This document shows, in pieces, positions 1-9,215 of a stretch of 64,000 nucleotides of DNA; the first letter of the stretch is position 1, and each line of letters starts with the position of its first letter. The translations under genes and the position numbers were made by a program. Below the pieces are notes generated by a model. That model was not told the origin of the DNA and did not search any database. It saw only the letters and a program-made list of their open reading frames with translations. Source of the stretch: Anaerolineales bacterium (GTDB lineage Bacteria > Chloroflexota > Anaerolineae > Anaerolineales > Villigracilaceae); NCBI GenBank assembly GCA_013140605.1, contig JABFSL010000042.1, positions 31,168 to 95,167 on the forward strand, read 5' to 3'.

Positions 1-56
1 CAATCTCACACGCTGTTTTACATCCAAAATGAGGTAGAGATTGCTTCGTCATGTTT

Positions 57-2177
57 TTACTTGCAAAGATACAACGTTGTTGCCTGATTTCCCGGTCCCT
101 GATTGCCTGATGCTGTATTACTGAATTCAGACACAACAGAACACGAAGCACTCAGCCAATTCGTAATATCCGTTTTGCCGCCGCGATCACCGCCGTACAT
201 CACGTAACGCAATTCGCTGTTCGCCACCATCGCGGATAAATCTTCTGCGTTGACGACTTCGTCCTGTCCGCCGAAGCCGCCCATGTACAGCACGGGTCGC
301 CCCGTGGCGAGCACGAGTGATGACCCGCTTTGTGATGAGGGCACAGCCACGAGATATTCCACATCCTGCGTATTGGCTTCAAGATAAGTCAGAAGTTTAT
401 CGTTCGCATTCAACGCAGGACTATTGCCTTGCATGGCAGGGCGCAATCCATTTTGCTGATTGCTGCCCGTGTATGCAGTGGGTAAATTTATGTTTGGATT
501 GGACGCCACGGTCATGACTGTCCAGTACATTGGTATGACCAACATCGCAGACAGGATCGTGGCGTAGGCAACCCGCTTCCCGCTTCGCGCAACCATTAGG
601 CTGACTCCCACCATAAAGAGGATTCCCGCTGGGAGCATCCACCACATGTTCTCGCCGTATTGATTCATCGCAAAGAATTGAAAGCCAAGCGTTATCGCGG
701 ATGCAACGATGAGCAGAACGCCAGCCCAATTCCTATCCCTGCCCCATGACCATAATTGAGTAAATCCGATTCCAACCATTGCGCCGAGAGCGGGAGCCAG
801 CATGATGGCGTAATACGAATGGAAAATTCCAGAGACCATGCTGAAGAATACAACGCAGGTCAATAGCCATCCGCCCCAGAGGATAAGAGATTTGTGAACA
901 CCAGACTCGATGGGTAGTTTGATTCTTGATCCGAAGAGCCCCAGCAAAACACTGATGAGTGCGAAGGGTAATAGCCATGACATTTGTTTTGAAAGTGGAT
1001 TTGTGAAGAAGCGGAAGACACCAGGCTCACCCGTCTCCTGGCTGAATTGCGTCCCGCCGTTTTGACCACCCAGTCCGCCAACGGGAGCCTGACCATTCTG
1101 CGGGATCATTCCAACAGGCGCACAGGCCAATACATTTTGGTTTGGAGGTGTTATACACGAGCCATTGATCGTGTTTCCATTTTGCTGAGTAAATGAACAA
1201 GCGTCACCTTGTGTGGAACTGGTGCAGGCATCCAATGCCTGTGGCGGCGGCCCTTGACGAGTACCAGTCAGAGGCTGAATCCCCTGATTGGAATCTGTAC
1301 CAGCAATCGGCGCGGAGGGAGGCGTTCCTCCTCCAGGGCCGCCACTGCTTTCGAGTCGCGAGACTCCGTTATGCCCGAAGATCAATCCCATGACTGTGTT
1401 GTTATCGCTGGAACCAATGTAGGGACGTGAATCTGCGGGAGTCAAATCCACGACGATTGCCCACGATAACGAGACTGCGATAAGTAAAACTGTTGCGATG
1501 CCGAGGTTGATAACTTTGCGCAGCCAGGCTTCTTTTGAGCCGAAGAAATACAGCGCGTAAAAAGCGGGGAGCGGCAAAAAGGCCTGCATCATTTTGATGT
1601 TGAAGCCGAGGCCGACGATGAATGCGCCAAGCAAAAGCCATGTCAGTTTGCCTGACTCGGTGGCTTTGATAAATGTCCACGCCGCGAGAAGTAAAAAGAA
1701 AACGAGCAGACCGTCCATGGTGTTGTTGCGATTCGTGGCAACGAAGACTGGCGTGATCGCCATGACAAATGCCGCGATGATTCCTGCCAGTTCGCCCATA
1801 TATTTTTTGACCATCGCATACAGAAGCGGAATTCCCAAAACTCCCGCGATGATATTTGGAAGTGAAACGCTAAAGCCGCTTACGCCGAGAAAGTATGCGA
1901 AGACCGCTTCGATCCATAATCCCAGCGGAGGCTTGTCCACTGTGACCGAGCCGCCAGGTTCCGCCGCGACAAAGAAGAAATTGCTCCACGATTGCAGCAT
2001 CGATTTGACAGCTGCGGTGTAATACGCATTTGCGTCGCCAATCGCTTCGATGTTGTACATGTGCAGTCCAAACGAGAATGCCATGATGACGATGACGAGG
2101 GCGGTTGAGATCGTTACGCCGAGGAAGAGATTCTTCTTCAAGAACGAGGGTTGAGATTGGATGGTTTCAGTTGTCAT
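57..2177 (-). CDS. GT39/ArnT-like (PMT family) polytopic membrane glycosyltransferase with a Gly/Pro/Gln-rich, 4-Cys extracytoplasmic insert
   Basis: 706 aa; motifs DANAYYTAAVKSM, VDKPPLG, NRNNTMD, GFNIKMMQA and C-terminal RPVLYMGGFGG; many TM segments. Confidence 0.85.
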   Translation of the reverse strand: MTTETIQSQPSFLKKNLFLGVTISTALVIVIMAFSFGLHMYNIEAIGDANAYYTAAVKSMLQSWSNFFFVAAEPGGSVTVDKPPLGLWIEAVFAYFLGVSGFSVSLPNIIAGVLGIPLLYAMVKKYMGELAGIIAAFVMAITPVFVATNRNNTMDGLLVFFLLLAAWTFIKATESGKLTWLLLGAFIVGLGFNIKMMQAFLPLPAFYALYFFGSKEAWLRKVINLGIATVLLIAVSLSWAIVVDLTPADSRPYIGSSDNNTVMGLIFGHNGVSRLESSGGPGGGTPPSAPIAGTDSNQGIQPLTGTRQGPPPQALDACTSSTQGDACSFTQQNGNTINGSCITPPNQNVLACAPVGMIPQNGQAPVGGLGGQNGGTQFSQETGEPGVFRFFTNPLSKQMSWLLPFALISVLLGLFGSRIKLPIESGVHKSLILWGGWLLTCVVFFSMVSGIFHSYYAIMLAPALGAMVGIGFTQLWSWGRDRNWAGVLLIVASAITLGFQFFAMNQYGENMWWMLPAGILFMVGVSLMVARSGKRVAYATILSAMLVIPMYWTVMTVASNPNINLPTAYTGSNQQNGLRPAMQGNSPALNANDKLLTYLEANTQDVEYLVAVPSSQSGSSLVLATGRPVLYMGGFGGQDEVVNAEDLSAMVANSELRYVMYGGDRGGKTDITNWLSASCSVVSEFSNTASGNQGPGNQATTLYLCK

Positions 2178-2204
2178 AGTTGCTCCATGTTATTTTTTTA
2201 CGCT

Positions 2205-2323
2205 GGCGGTCGAGTAGCCCCGCATGATTTTCGCGGGGCGTACCGAAACCACCCATTTCATGTTCACTTGTCATTGGTGGTCTCGATACGACTCTCGCTA
2301 TCGCTCGTGTCTACTCGACCACC
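2205..2323. repeat. Inverted pair of REP-like units (GGTCGAGTAG...CGTAYCGARACC)
   Basis: 2205-2253 ggcggtcgagtag..cgtaccgaaaccacc; 2276-2323 reads ggtggtcgagtag..cgtatcgagaccacc on the minus strand. Confidence 0.7.
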
Positions 2324-2325
2324 GA

Positions 2326-2386
2326 ATTTCACTTCTCACTTCTCACTTTTTACTTTTTACTTTTTACTTTATTATTTTATATTTCA
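2326..2386. repeat. Heptamer tandem repeat (acttctc/acttttt)
   Basis: about 8 degenerate 7-nt units read directly from the sequence. Confidence 0.85.
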
Positions 2387-2454
2387 CCGCCAAAACCCGA
2401 GAGTGAAGCCAGTCACCACTTGCCCCGTAAACCCATGAATTCACACATCCACAC

Positions 2455-2472
2455 CCATGACACCAGTCATGG
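2455..2472. promoter_or_regulatory. Palindrome CCATGAC-N4-GTCATGG, candidate response-regulator operator
   Basis: perfect 7-bp arms in the divergent intergenic region; related half-sites at ~2433 and ~2487. Confidence 0.45.
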
Positions 2473-2537
2473 ATAATATGGAGAAATCATGACGGCACAC
2501 ACAAGGCGTGCAAGTCCCTTCGTGATAAGATTTGCGT

Positions 2538-3899
2538 ATGCACTCCCTGAAAGAATCAACTCGAATTCTTCGTACCGCCGCATGGATCTGGATTGGATTC
2601 CTGCTTGCGATGGCACTCATGGATTTTGTGCTATACACACAAACGAATCTTCCAATTACACAAAACCCGCCATTCCAACAGCTTGCGCCCGGTCAGCAGC
2701 TCCCACCCAATTCGCAGGGACTTGTGCCCGCTCAGCCCAACCTGCTGAGAAATCCGTTCAAGCCTGTCTATCTTTTCTACGGCGCAAACGGATTGATCGC
2801 TTTGCTGTTTCTTATCTTTGCTCATTCAACCTGGATACAGATAAAACTTGGGAAAGCCTTCTATCCCCTGCTTCTGCTCACTATTTCCACAGCGCCAATT
2901 ATTATCAATGTGTTGATCACGCCGCGCTTCCCCCAGGGTCCGTTGGCAAATGCGGAGGGAATGGCGCTTCGTCAATTGCCAGTGCTATTCGTTGCGCTCG
3001 CCCTCGTGGCATGGGAATATGAATTAACGCATGTTATTTTTTTCAGCATCGCCACCACCACACTTGAGCTAAGTCTCATTTATTTCAGCACGATGAACTA
3101 CCGAAGTATTTCTGTTTTTATTTTTATCGCCATCATTCGCATGATCAGTTTTATTGCGGTCGGTGTCTTTATCAGTTTGCTGGTTACACAACTTCGCCAA
3201 CAGCGGGAATCACTGCGGGACGCGAATGCCAATCTCACGCACTATGCGTCCACGCTGGAGCAGCTCACGGTGAGCCGCGAACGCAACCGTCTCGCGCGTG
3301 AACTGCATGATACGCTCGCTCATTCCCTCACCGCAATTTCCGTTTCGCTTGAAACCGCCAAGGCTTATTTCGATATTGACTCAAACAAGACCCGCGAGTT
3401 GATCGATAAATCATTGGAGTCGACCCGCATCGGCGTAGATGAAACCCGCCGCGCGCTTAAAGCCTTGCGCTCATCATCTTTGGAAGACATGGGACTTGGA
3501 CTCGCCATCCAGCGCGCGGCTGAATCCGCGGCGGCGCGCTTCCACCTTAATCTGACGCTTGATCTTAAAAATCCCATGCCTTCTCTCAGCCCGGATGTGG
3601 AGCAGACCATCTATCGCATCGCACAGGAGTGTATTGAAAATATCATCAATCACTCGCGCGCCAAAAATTTCAGCGTGAGCCTGCAAAGTAATGGTCACAC
3701 CACGCTCACTATTCAAGATGACGGCATCGGATTTGATATGAAGTCTGATATATCATCGGGTCATTTTGGTTTGGTGGGCATGCATGAACGCGCCGAACTT
3801 GTGGGCGGTAAGTTGAAAATTGAAAGCCCTGCCCTGAGTGGCGAAGCCGTATCGAAGGGCGAAAAAGGAAAAGGCACGAAGGTTGTGCTGACGATATAA
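2538..3899 (+). CDS. Membrane sensor histidine kinase, HisKA_3 (NarX/LiaS-like)
   Basis: ERNRLARELHDTLAHSL H-box, DDGIGFD and GHFGLVGMHERA ATPase motifs; ATG 2538 chosen over TTG 2532. Confidence 0.92.
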   Translation: MHSLKESTRILRTAAWIWIGFLLAMALMDFVLYTQTNLPITQNPPFQQLAPGQQLPPNSQGLVPAQPNLLRNPFKPVYLFYGANGLIALLFLIFAHSTWIQIKLGKAFYPLLLLTISTAPIIINVLITPRFPQGPLANAEGMALRQLPVLFVALALVAWEYELTHVIFFSIATTTLELSLIYFSTMNYRSISVFIFIAIIRMISFIAVGVFISLLVTQLRQQRESLRDANANLTHYASTLEQLTVSRERNRLARELHDTLAHSLTAISVSLETAKAYFDIDSNKTRELIDKSLESTRIGVDETRRALKALRSSSLEDMGLGLAIQRAAESAAARFHLNLTLDLKNPMPSLSPDVEQTIYRIAQECIENIINHSRAKNFSVSLQSNGHTTLTIQDDGIGFDMKSDISSGHFGLVGMHERAELVGGKLKIESPALSGEAVSKGEKGKGTKVVLTI

Positions 3900-3906
3900 T
3901 AACTGC

Positions 3907-3965
3907 GGACGACAGACAATGGACGGTGGACAGGTAAATGGTCAACGGTCTATTGTCCACCGTCG
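3907..3965. repeat. Inverted heptamer array (ggacgac/agacaat/ggacggt ... cggtcta/ttgtcca)
   Basis: 7-nt periodicity in two opposed halves between the kinase and regulator genes. Confidence 0.7.
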
Positions 3966-3975
3966 AGAATCAACT

Positions 3976-4608
3976 ATGAAAATCCTCCTCTGTGACGACC
4001 AGGCCGTGATCCGTGATGGACTTGAAATGCTCCTCAATCTCGAGAAGGATTTTCAAGTTGTTGGCGCAGCGCAGGATGGCGCGGAAGCGATTGAACTCGC
4101 CGCGCAAAAGCAGCCTGATTTGATTCTGATGGATTTGAAAATGCCAATCATGAACGGCATCGAAGCCACACGCGAGATCAGAACAAAATTCCCCAATATA
4201 AAGATACTCGTGCTGACCACCTACGATGACGATGAATGGGTCTTTGATGCCATTCGCGCGGGTGCGTCGGGGTATTTATTGAAAGATACATCACGTCAGA
4301 AAATTGTCGAAGCCATTCGCGGAACAATGGACGGCAAATCCTTTGTTGACCCCGCCATCGCGGGTAAATTGCTCAATCAAGTCGCCAGCAAGCAGACTCA
4401 GCCCACATCCATATTGACAGACAAGCTAACCGAGCGCGAACTGGATGTGCTGCGCTTAATCGCCAAAGGCATTAACAACAGCGAGATCGCCGCACAGTTA
4501 CACCTATCCGAAGGGACTGTGCGGAATCACGTCAGCGCGATTCTTGAAAAGCTAAATGTCTCTGATCGGACTCAGGCCGCAGTCATTGCGATACAGCACG
4601 GTTTATAA
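3976..4608 (+). CDS. NarL/LuxR-family response regulator
   Basis: [24 protein letters not shown] and [21 protein letters not shown]; start moved from 3919 to 3976. Confidence 0.95.
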   Translation: MKILLCDDQAVIRDGLEMLLNLEKDFQVVGAAQDGAEAIELAAQKQPDLILMDLKMPIMNGIEATREIRTKFPNIKILVLTTYDDDEWVFDAIRAGASGYLLKDTSRQKIVEAIRGTMDGKSFVDPAIAGKLLNQVASKQTQPTSILTDKLTERELDVLRLIAKGINNSEIAAQLHLSEGTVRNHVSAILEKLNVSDRTQAAVIAIQHGL

Positions 4609-4618
4609 ATATCCACCC

Positions 4619-4703
4619 GTCATTGCGAGGGCGTTAGCCCGAAGCAATCCCCAATTTGATAATAAGATTGCTTCGTCGGGGAGACCGCCCTCCTCGCAAT
4701 GAC
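4619..4703. repeat. REP-like palindromic element, GTCATTGCGAG..GAAGCAATC..GATTGCTTC..CTCGCAATGAC family
   Basis: nested inverted repeats; same family recurs at 5856, 19561, 51707 and 56405. Confidence 0.85.
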
Positions 4704-4723
4704 GACAATAAAAAGAGGTAACC

Positions 4724-5089
4724 ATGACAGTAAAACATTCAAACGAAGTCGAAGCTAAAAACGTAGCCGCTGGAAAAGACACCAAGATTCAAGTGTTGAT
4801 CTCATCTCAAGAGGGACCAAATTTTGCCCTGCGGAAATTTTCCATGCTGCCCGGCGGAGGAATGCCGCGTCACACCAACACGCTGGAGCATGAGCAATAC
4901 GTTCTGCGCGGACATGCGAAGATCGGACTCGGTGATGAAGTTGTTGAAGTCAAAGCTGGCGATGTGGTCTTTATCCCCGAAGGTATGATTCATTTCTATG
5001 AGAACATCGGCGAAGAGCCGTTTGAATTCCTGTGTATCATCCCCAACAAGGAAGACAAGATCACGATTGTGGATGAATCAAGTTGTTGA
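4724..5089 (+). CDS. Cupin domain protein
   Basis: PRHTNTLEHEQYVLRG and GDVVFIPEGMIH cupin motifs; RBS agagg. Confidence 0.88.
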   Translation: MTVKHSNEVEAKNVAAGKDTKIQVLISSQEGPNFALRKFSMLPGGGMPRHTNTLEHEQYVLRGHAKIGLGDEVVEVKAGDVVFIPEGMIHFYENIGEEPFEFLCIIPNKEDKITIVDESSC

Positions 5090-5093
5090 TGCG

Positions 5094-5120
5094 GTAGGGG
5101 CGAGGTCACCTCGCCCCTAC
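5094..5120. repeat. GTAG-type REP hairpin between convergent genes
   Basis: gtaggggcgagg-tca-cctcgcccctac perfect stem. Confidence 0.8.
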
Positions 5121-5122
5121 AA

Positions 5123-5833
5123 TCACAACGGCGTCTTTGCAGGCATCCCCGCATTACGCGGATACTTCGGTGGCGTGGCGGCGACCTTGTCAATAAGAAC
5201 AAGATAACGGTCATCGGCAACGCCGGGCAGGTTGACGGGGATCAACTGCTTTAATTTTCCACCCAATAATTTCATCGCGTTTTCAGCGGACTGCGCTTCG
5301 GCGGGTCCGCTTTCACCTTTTTGCGCGAGCACTATCCCGCCGACTTTTACCAGCGGAAGAAGATATTCGCTCAACACATTGAGATTCGCCACTGCGCGGG
5401 CCACGGCCCAATCGTAAGTTTCACGATGCGCCGTTTTTTGTCCAAGGTCTTCAGCACGAGCCTGGATGACGTTCACGCCTTCCAGCCCAAGCACGCTGAT
5501 AATGTGCTGGCAGAACATGGCTTTCTTCCCAACAGACTCCACCAATGTCAATTGCATGGAGGGATAAATTATTTTCAAGGGAATGCCCGGGAAACCGGCA
5601 CCAGTTCCCACGTCAATGAGGCGGCGCGGGGGATTTGCATTCCACGCCAGTACGCAGGAAAATGAATCCAGAAAATGTTTGGTGCGGATCGACTCCACAT
5701 CCCGAATGGCGGTGAGATTGAATTTCTGATTCCAATCCAGCAGTTCACGCTCATAAGTGATAAGCGCCATGACTTGCCGTCCTGTCATGTGGACATTGAA
5801 TAATGAGAGCGCATCGCGGACAAGAGATTCCAT
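5123..5833 (-). CDS. rsmG: 16S rRNA (guanine527-N7)-methyltransferase
   Basis: WNQKFNLTAI, HFLDS, DVGTGAGFPG and ARAVA motifs; start moved to ATG 5833. Confidence 0.95.
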   Translation of the reverse strand: MESLVRDALSLFNVHMTGRQVMALITYERELLDWNQKFNLTAIRDVESIRTKHFLDSFSCVLAWNANPPRRLIDVGTGAGFPGIPLKIIYPSMQLTLVESVGKKAMFCQHIISVLGLEGVNVIQARAEDLGQKTAHRETYDWAVARAVANLNVLSEYLLPLVKVGGIVLAQKGESGPAEAQSAENAMKLLGGKLKQLIPVNLPGVADDRYLVLIDKVAATPPKYPRNAGMPAKTPL

Positions 5834-5855
5834 AAGGTGATTATACCTAACGCGC

Positions 5856-5895
5856 GATTGCTTCGGGCGAAAAACAAAGATGCCCTCGCAATGAC
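5856..5895. repeat. Half copy of the GATTGCTTC..CTCGCAATGAC REP-like element
   Basis: gattgcttcgggc..gccctcgcaatgac. Confidence 0.75.
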
Positions 5896-5899
5896 GTAT

Positions 5900-5928
5900 A
5901 AAAAAAGAGGTCGCCAAACGGCGACCTC
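5900..5928 (-). terminator. Intrinsic terminator after the DUF4349 gene
   Basis: gaggtcgcc/ggcgacctc 9-bp stem followed by a T-run on the minus strand. Confidence 0.7.
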
Positions 5929-5942
5929 TCACTTTTTACTTT

Positions 5943-6914
5943 TTACTTCTTCTCAACAGAAACATCTTGCGGCTGTTCGTTCCTGACCTTATTGCCGCGC
6001 ATTTTTCTAAAGAGTGCGCGTACGCCGAGGAAGACAAGATACAGCGAAAGGAAGATGATGATCAGAACCGGCAGAATATAGATCACAAAAGTAATGAGGA
6101 ATTCTGTAAAGCCTTTTAGGAAGTCGATCAGGTTCTGTACAGCTTCAAGAGCCACGCCTTTGGGCTCCCAGGTGCCGATCACAACAGGTTGAATGGTTTC
6201 TTCGGCGATGATGCGTACGCTGATGGCCGAAAGCGCGGCGGCTTCTTCGTAATACTTGATCTGGCCTTTTACCAATTCGATCTGTTCGCGATAATAAACG
6301 AGCTGATTGAAAACATTGACCACATCTTCGGTTTCTGTGGCTTTCTTCAAGATCTCATCCAACTGCGCTTCGGCGGCTTCTAGATTCTTTAGACGGGATT
6401 GCAAATCCACATATTCAGCGGTGACATCCTGACCTGAAATATTTTCAGTTTGGACTTCAACCGTGTCCTTCTTGATCTGATCCATTGCCTTTTCCAATTG
6501 ATCGGAAGGCACGCGGATCACGATCTGCGCTTCGGGCACTTCGATGTAATCGCTTGTGAAGCTTTGATATAGATTCGATGAAACGACAAACCCGCCCATT
6601 TGCTCAGCCATGATCTGGATGTTCTTCATGCGTCCTTCAACATCCGAGACAACAATGGCGAGGTCGGCGTTCTTGATGACGATGCGTTCCACTGCCGCCG
6701 CTGAAACGCCGGAACCAGTGTTTGCTGCGGATTCTTCAGCCGCTCTTGCTTCTGGAGCGCTGGCGGGCAGCGCTGAATCCTGCGCCACCGGTGCACCACC
6801 AGACACGCTATAGTTGTCTACCAATTGCACTGGGGATTCAGCTGAGGCACCGCCACATGCGGCGAGGATCAGGGCGGTAATAATAACGAGACTAAATGGC
6901 AAAATTCTTTTCAT
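5943..6914 (-). CDS. DUF4349-family lipoprotein
   Basis: lipobox LAAC; DVTAEYVDLQSRLKNLE coiled region; C-terminal TM helix. Confidence 0.85.
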   Translation of the reverse strand: MKRILPFSLVIITALILAACGGASAESPVQLVDNYSVSGGAPVAQDSALPASAPEARAAEESAANTGSGVSAAAVERIVIKNADLAIVVSDVEGRMKNIQIMAEQMGGFVVSSNLYQSFTSDYIEVPEAQIVIRVPSDQLEKAMDQIKKDTVEVQTENISGQDVTAEYVDLQSRLKNLEAAEAQLDEILKKATETEDVVNVFNQLVYYREQIELVKGQIKYYEEAAALSAISVRIIAEETIQPVVIGTWEPKGVALEAVQNLIDFLKGFTEFLITFVIYILPVLIIIFLSLYLVFLGVRALFRKMRGNKVRNEQPQDVSVEKK

Positions 6915-6943
6915 GATTTCTTCTCCTTGTTTTCACTACACAA

Positions 6944-6971
6944 AAGACGAACATCATATAGAAATAGTTCC
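6944..6971 (-). promoter_or_regulatory. Candidate ECF sigma-factor promoter GGAACT-N16-CGTCTT
   Basis: on the minus strand 30 nt upstream of the DUF4349 ATG; spacer counted as 16 nt. Confidence 0.6.
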
Positions 6972-7006
6972 AGTCATCCGCCTTCTGCTCTCCGCTTTCC
7001 GAATGA

Positions 7007-7744
7007 CTACCAACCTTCGGCAAGACGAGCCGCATGTTTTTCAGGCAGACCTGAAGAGCGGATGCGCTCCTGCACTTCGGCAATGTTGTACATCACACGG
7101 CGTGGAGTCCAGGTGTTTGCATCAGTATCGTAAATGGCGTATGCGGCGCGCGGGTCACGGTCTCGCGGCTGGCCGACCGAGCCTGGGTTCAGGATCAGTT
7201 TCGGGCGCAGGTTGATCGTTTTATCAGGTTTTGTTTGATCCAGGGTGACGCGGTCGCTTCTTGGATCCAAAGCAAACAGACATTGAATGTGAGAGTGCCC
7301 AACGAAACACCAGGGCGTGGTGAAATGGTCAAAGTTGATCCGCGCCGAAAGCGAGTTCAAAATATATTCCCACAACGGGTCGCGCGGGCTTCCATGCGCA
7401 AGCGTAGCGTCACCGCATACCTTTGTGTTGGAAGAAAGCGAGTTCAGATAATCCATGTTATCCGCAGTCATCACTTTTTCATGATGCATCAATGAACGGC
7501 GTGCGTCACCATTAAAAGTTTCGAACGGCATTTTGCCAATGACTGCCACGTCATGATTTCCAAGCATACAGGTAAGGTTTGGGATCTCCCGCACTTCCTC
7601 AACAACTGCGTTTGGGTCGGGGCCGTAGCCCACAAGATCTCCAAGACACCAGGTTTCATCCACCTGTCCGGCGTCTTTTAACACAGCCTGTAGCGCGGTG
7701 TAATTTGCATGTATATCCGATATGACCAAAACGCGCATGTTCAC
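7007..7744 (-). CDS. Calcineurin-like metallophosphoesterase
   Basis: SDIHAN, GDLVGYG, GNHD, HGS, GHSH and NPGSVGQPRD motifs. Confidence 0.92.
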   Translation of the reverse strand: MNMRVLVISDIHANYTALQAVLKDAGQVDETWCLGDLVGYGPDPNAVVEEVREIPNLTCMLGNHDVAVIGKMPFETFNGDARRSLMHHEKVMTADNMDYLNSLSSNTKVCGDATLAHGSPRDPLWEYILNSLSARINFDHFTTPWCFVGHSHIQCLFALDPRSDRVTLDQTKPDKTINLRPKLILNPGSVGQPRDRDPRAAYAIYDTDANTWTPRRVMYNIAEVQERIRSSGLPEKHAARLAEGW

Positions 7745-8946
7745 TCCAACAGCTTTGATATGTGTTCGATGATCTTTTCCGCCACTTCGATTTTACTCAT
7801 CAGCGGCAGCGTTTCCTTCGACCCATTTGCGAACAGGATCGTCACGCGATTGGTCTCCACCGCAAACCCCGCATCGTCAGCGGAAATATTATTCGCAACA
7901 ATAAAATCCAGATTTTTTGATTGCAGCTTTTCGGATGCGTTTTCGAGAAGGTCGCGACTCTCCGCCGCGAATCCTGCCACGACTTGAAAACGCTTCTTAC
8001 TTAACTGTGAGCTGGCAACTGTTTTAAGGATATCAGGCGCCGCTTCGAGTTTTACCTGCGGAATGCCGTCGCGCTTTTTCAATTTATCCTTTGCAGCCTG
8101 CACCGGGCGGAAGTCTGCCGCCGCCACCGCCATGATCAAAGCATCAGCGGATTCTTTCATCACCGCATTAAGCATTTCCTGCACGCTATTAGCTTTGATC
8201 ACGCGCGCACCCACAGGCGGAGTCAATGCTGTCGGCGCAGTGATCAGGCAAACGCCCGCGCCCGAATCGAGAGCTGCCTGGGCGAGCGCATATCCCTGCT
8301 TGCCGGAGGAATGATTCGTAATGACTCGCACCGGGTCGATCGCTTCCTGAGTCCCGCCCGCAGTGACAACGATCTTTTTACCCGCGAGTTTTCCATTCCT
8401 GCCAAGTATGATTCGAAGGTGACCGATAATTTCGGCAGGCTCGATCATTCGTCCCTTGCCTGTTAGCCCGGAAGCGAGATGCCCGTCAGCGGGACCAATA
8501 ATGATGGCGCCGCCTTCTCTAAGTTTAGTTAGATTTTCCTGCGTGGTGGGGTGATAGTACATACCGCCATCCATTGCGGGGGCGATCACCAACGGGCATT
8601 CCGCAGCCAGCGCTGTGACCGTGAGTAGATTATCCGCGAGGCCGTGTGCGAGCTTTGCGATGGTATGTGCTGTACATGGCGCGATGACCAGCAGGTCTGC
8701 TGTTTTTCCGAAACTGACATGCAGGACATGTGCTTCATTGCCCCACAGATCTTGTTCGACATATGCGCGGCGGCCAGTCACAGATTGGAAGGTAAGCGGT
8801 GTAACGAATTTTTCTCCCGCGCCTGTTATAAGAACGTCCACTTTTGCGCCTGCCTGTGCAAGCTTGGAAGCAACGTCAGCGGCTTTGTAACTTGCAATGG
8901 AGCCTGTCACGCCGAGTAGAATGTGTTTACCAGAGAATACGGACAT
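7741..8946 (-). CDS. coaBC: Bifunctional phosphopantothenoylcysteine decarboxylase/ligase
   Basis: GVTGSIASYKA, APAMDGGM, TAGGTQEAIDPVRVITNHSSGKQG and GFAAES motifs. Confidence 0.97.
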   Translation of the reverse strand: MSVFSGKHILLGVTGSIASYKAADVASKLAQAGAKVDVLITGAGEKFVTPLTFQSVTGRRAYVEQDLWGNEAHVLHVSFGKTADLLVIAPCTAHTIAKLAHGLADNLLTVTALAAECPLVIAPAMDGGMYYHPTTQENLTKLREGGAIIIGPADGHLASGLTGKGRMIEPAEIIGHLRIILGRNGKLAGKKIVVTAGGTQEAIDPVRVITNHSSGKQGYALAQAALDSGAGVCLITAPTALTPPVGARVIKANSVQEMLNAVMKESADALIMAVAAADFRPVQAAKDKLKKRDGIPQVKLEAAPDILKTVASSQLSKKRFQVVAGFAAESRDLLENASEKLQSKNLDFIVANNISADDAGFAVETNRVTILFANGSKETLPLMSKIEVAEKIIEHISKLLE

Positions 8947-8987
8947 ATGGGCTGATTATACTTCCAACTCAACTGGAAAATTGCCCC

Positions 8988-9016
8988 TTGACGCATTTGA
9001 GCGACGCGCATAGAAT
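8988..9016 (+). promoter_or_regulatory. Sigma70-type promoter of the aro operon
   Basis: TTGACG(8988)-17 nt-TAGAAT(9011). Confidence 0.75.
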
Positions 9017-9026
9017 AGCGCCCAAC

Positions 9027-9101
9027 ATGTTAACTACTGTCCGCTTTTATTTTGCGTATTACTTTAACGGCCTCCGCTCGGTTGCCGCTGGTTGCGCTTA
9101 A
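9027..9101 (+). CDS. Phe/Tyr-rich leader peptide MLTTVRFYFAYYFNGLRSVAAGCA (24 aa)
   Basis: 6 Phe/Tyr codons in 7 consecutive positions (9045-9065), lying between the promoter and a terminator. Confidence 0.8.
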   Translation: MLTTVRFYFAYYFNGLRSVAAGCA

Positions 9102-9124
9102 GTAGACAGAAAAAATCTGTATGC

Positions 9125-9158
9125 AAAAAGAGCGAGACCACACGGTCTCGCTCTTTTT
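9125..9158 (+). terminator. Attenuator terminator hairpin upstream of aroH
   Basis: aaaaagagcgagacc-acac-ggtctcgctcttttt. Confidence 0.8.
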
Positions 9159-9163
9159 ATTCC

Positions 9164-9200
9164 CCCTCACCCCAACCCCTCTCCCAAAAGGGGAGAGGGG
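9164..9200. repeat. CCCTCACCCC..CCCCTCTCCC..GGGAGAGGGG REP-like hairpin
   Basis: cccctctccc/gggagagggg stem just before the aroH RBS. Confidence 0.7.
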
Positions 9201-9215
9201 CTACAAGGAGCAATT

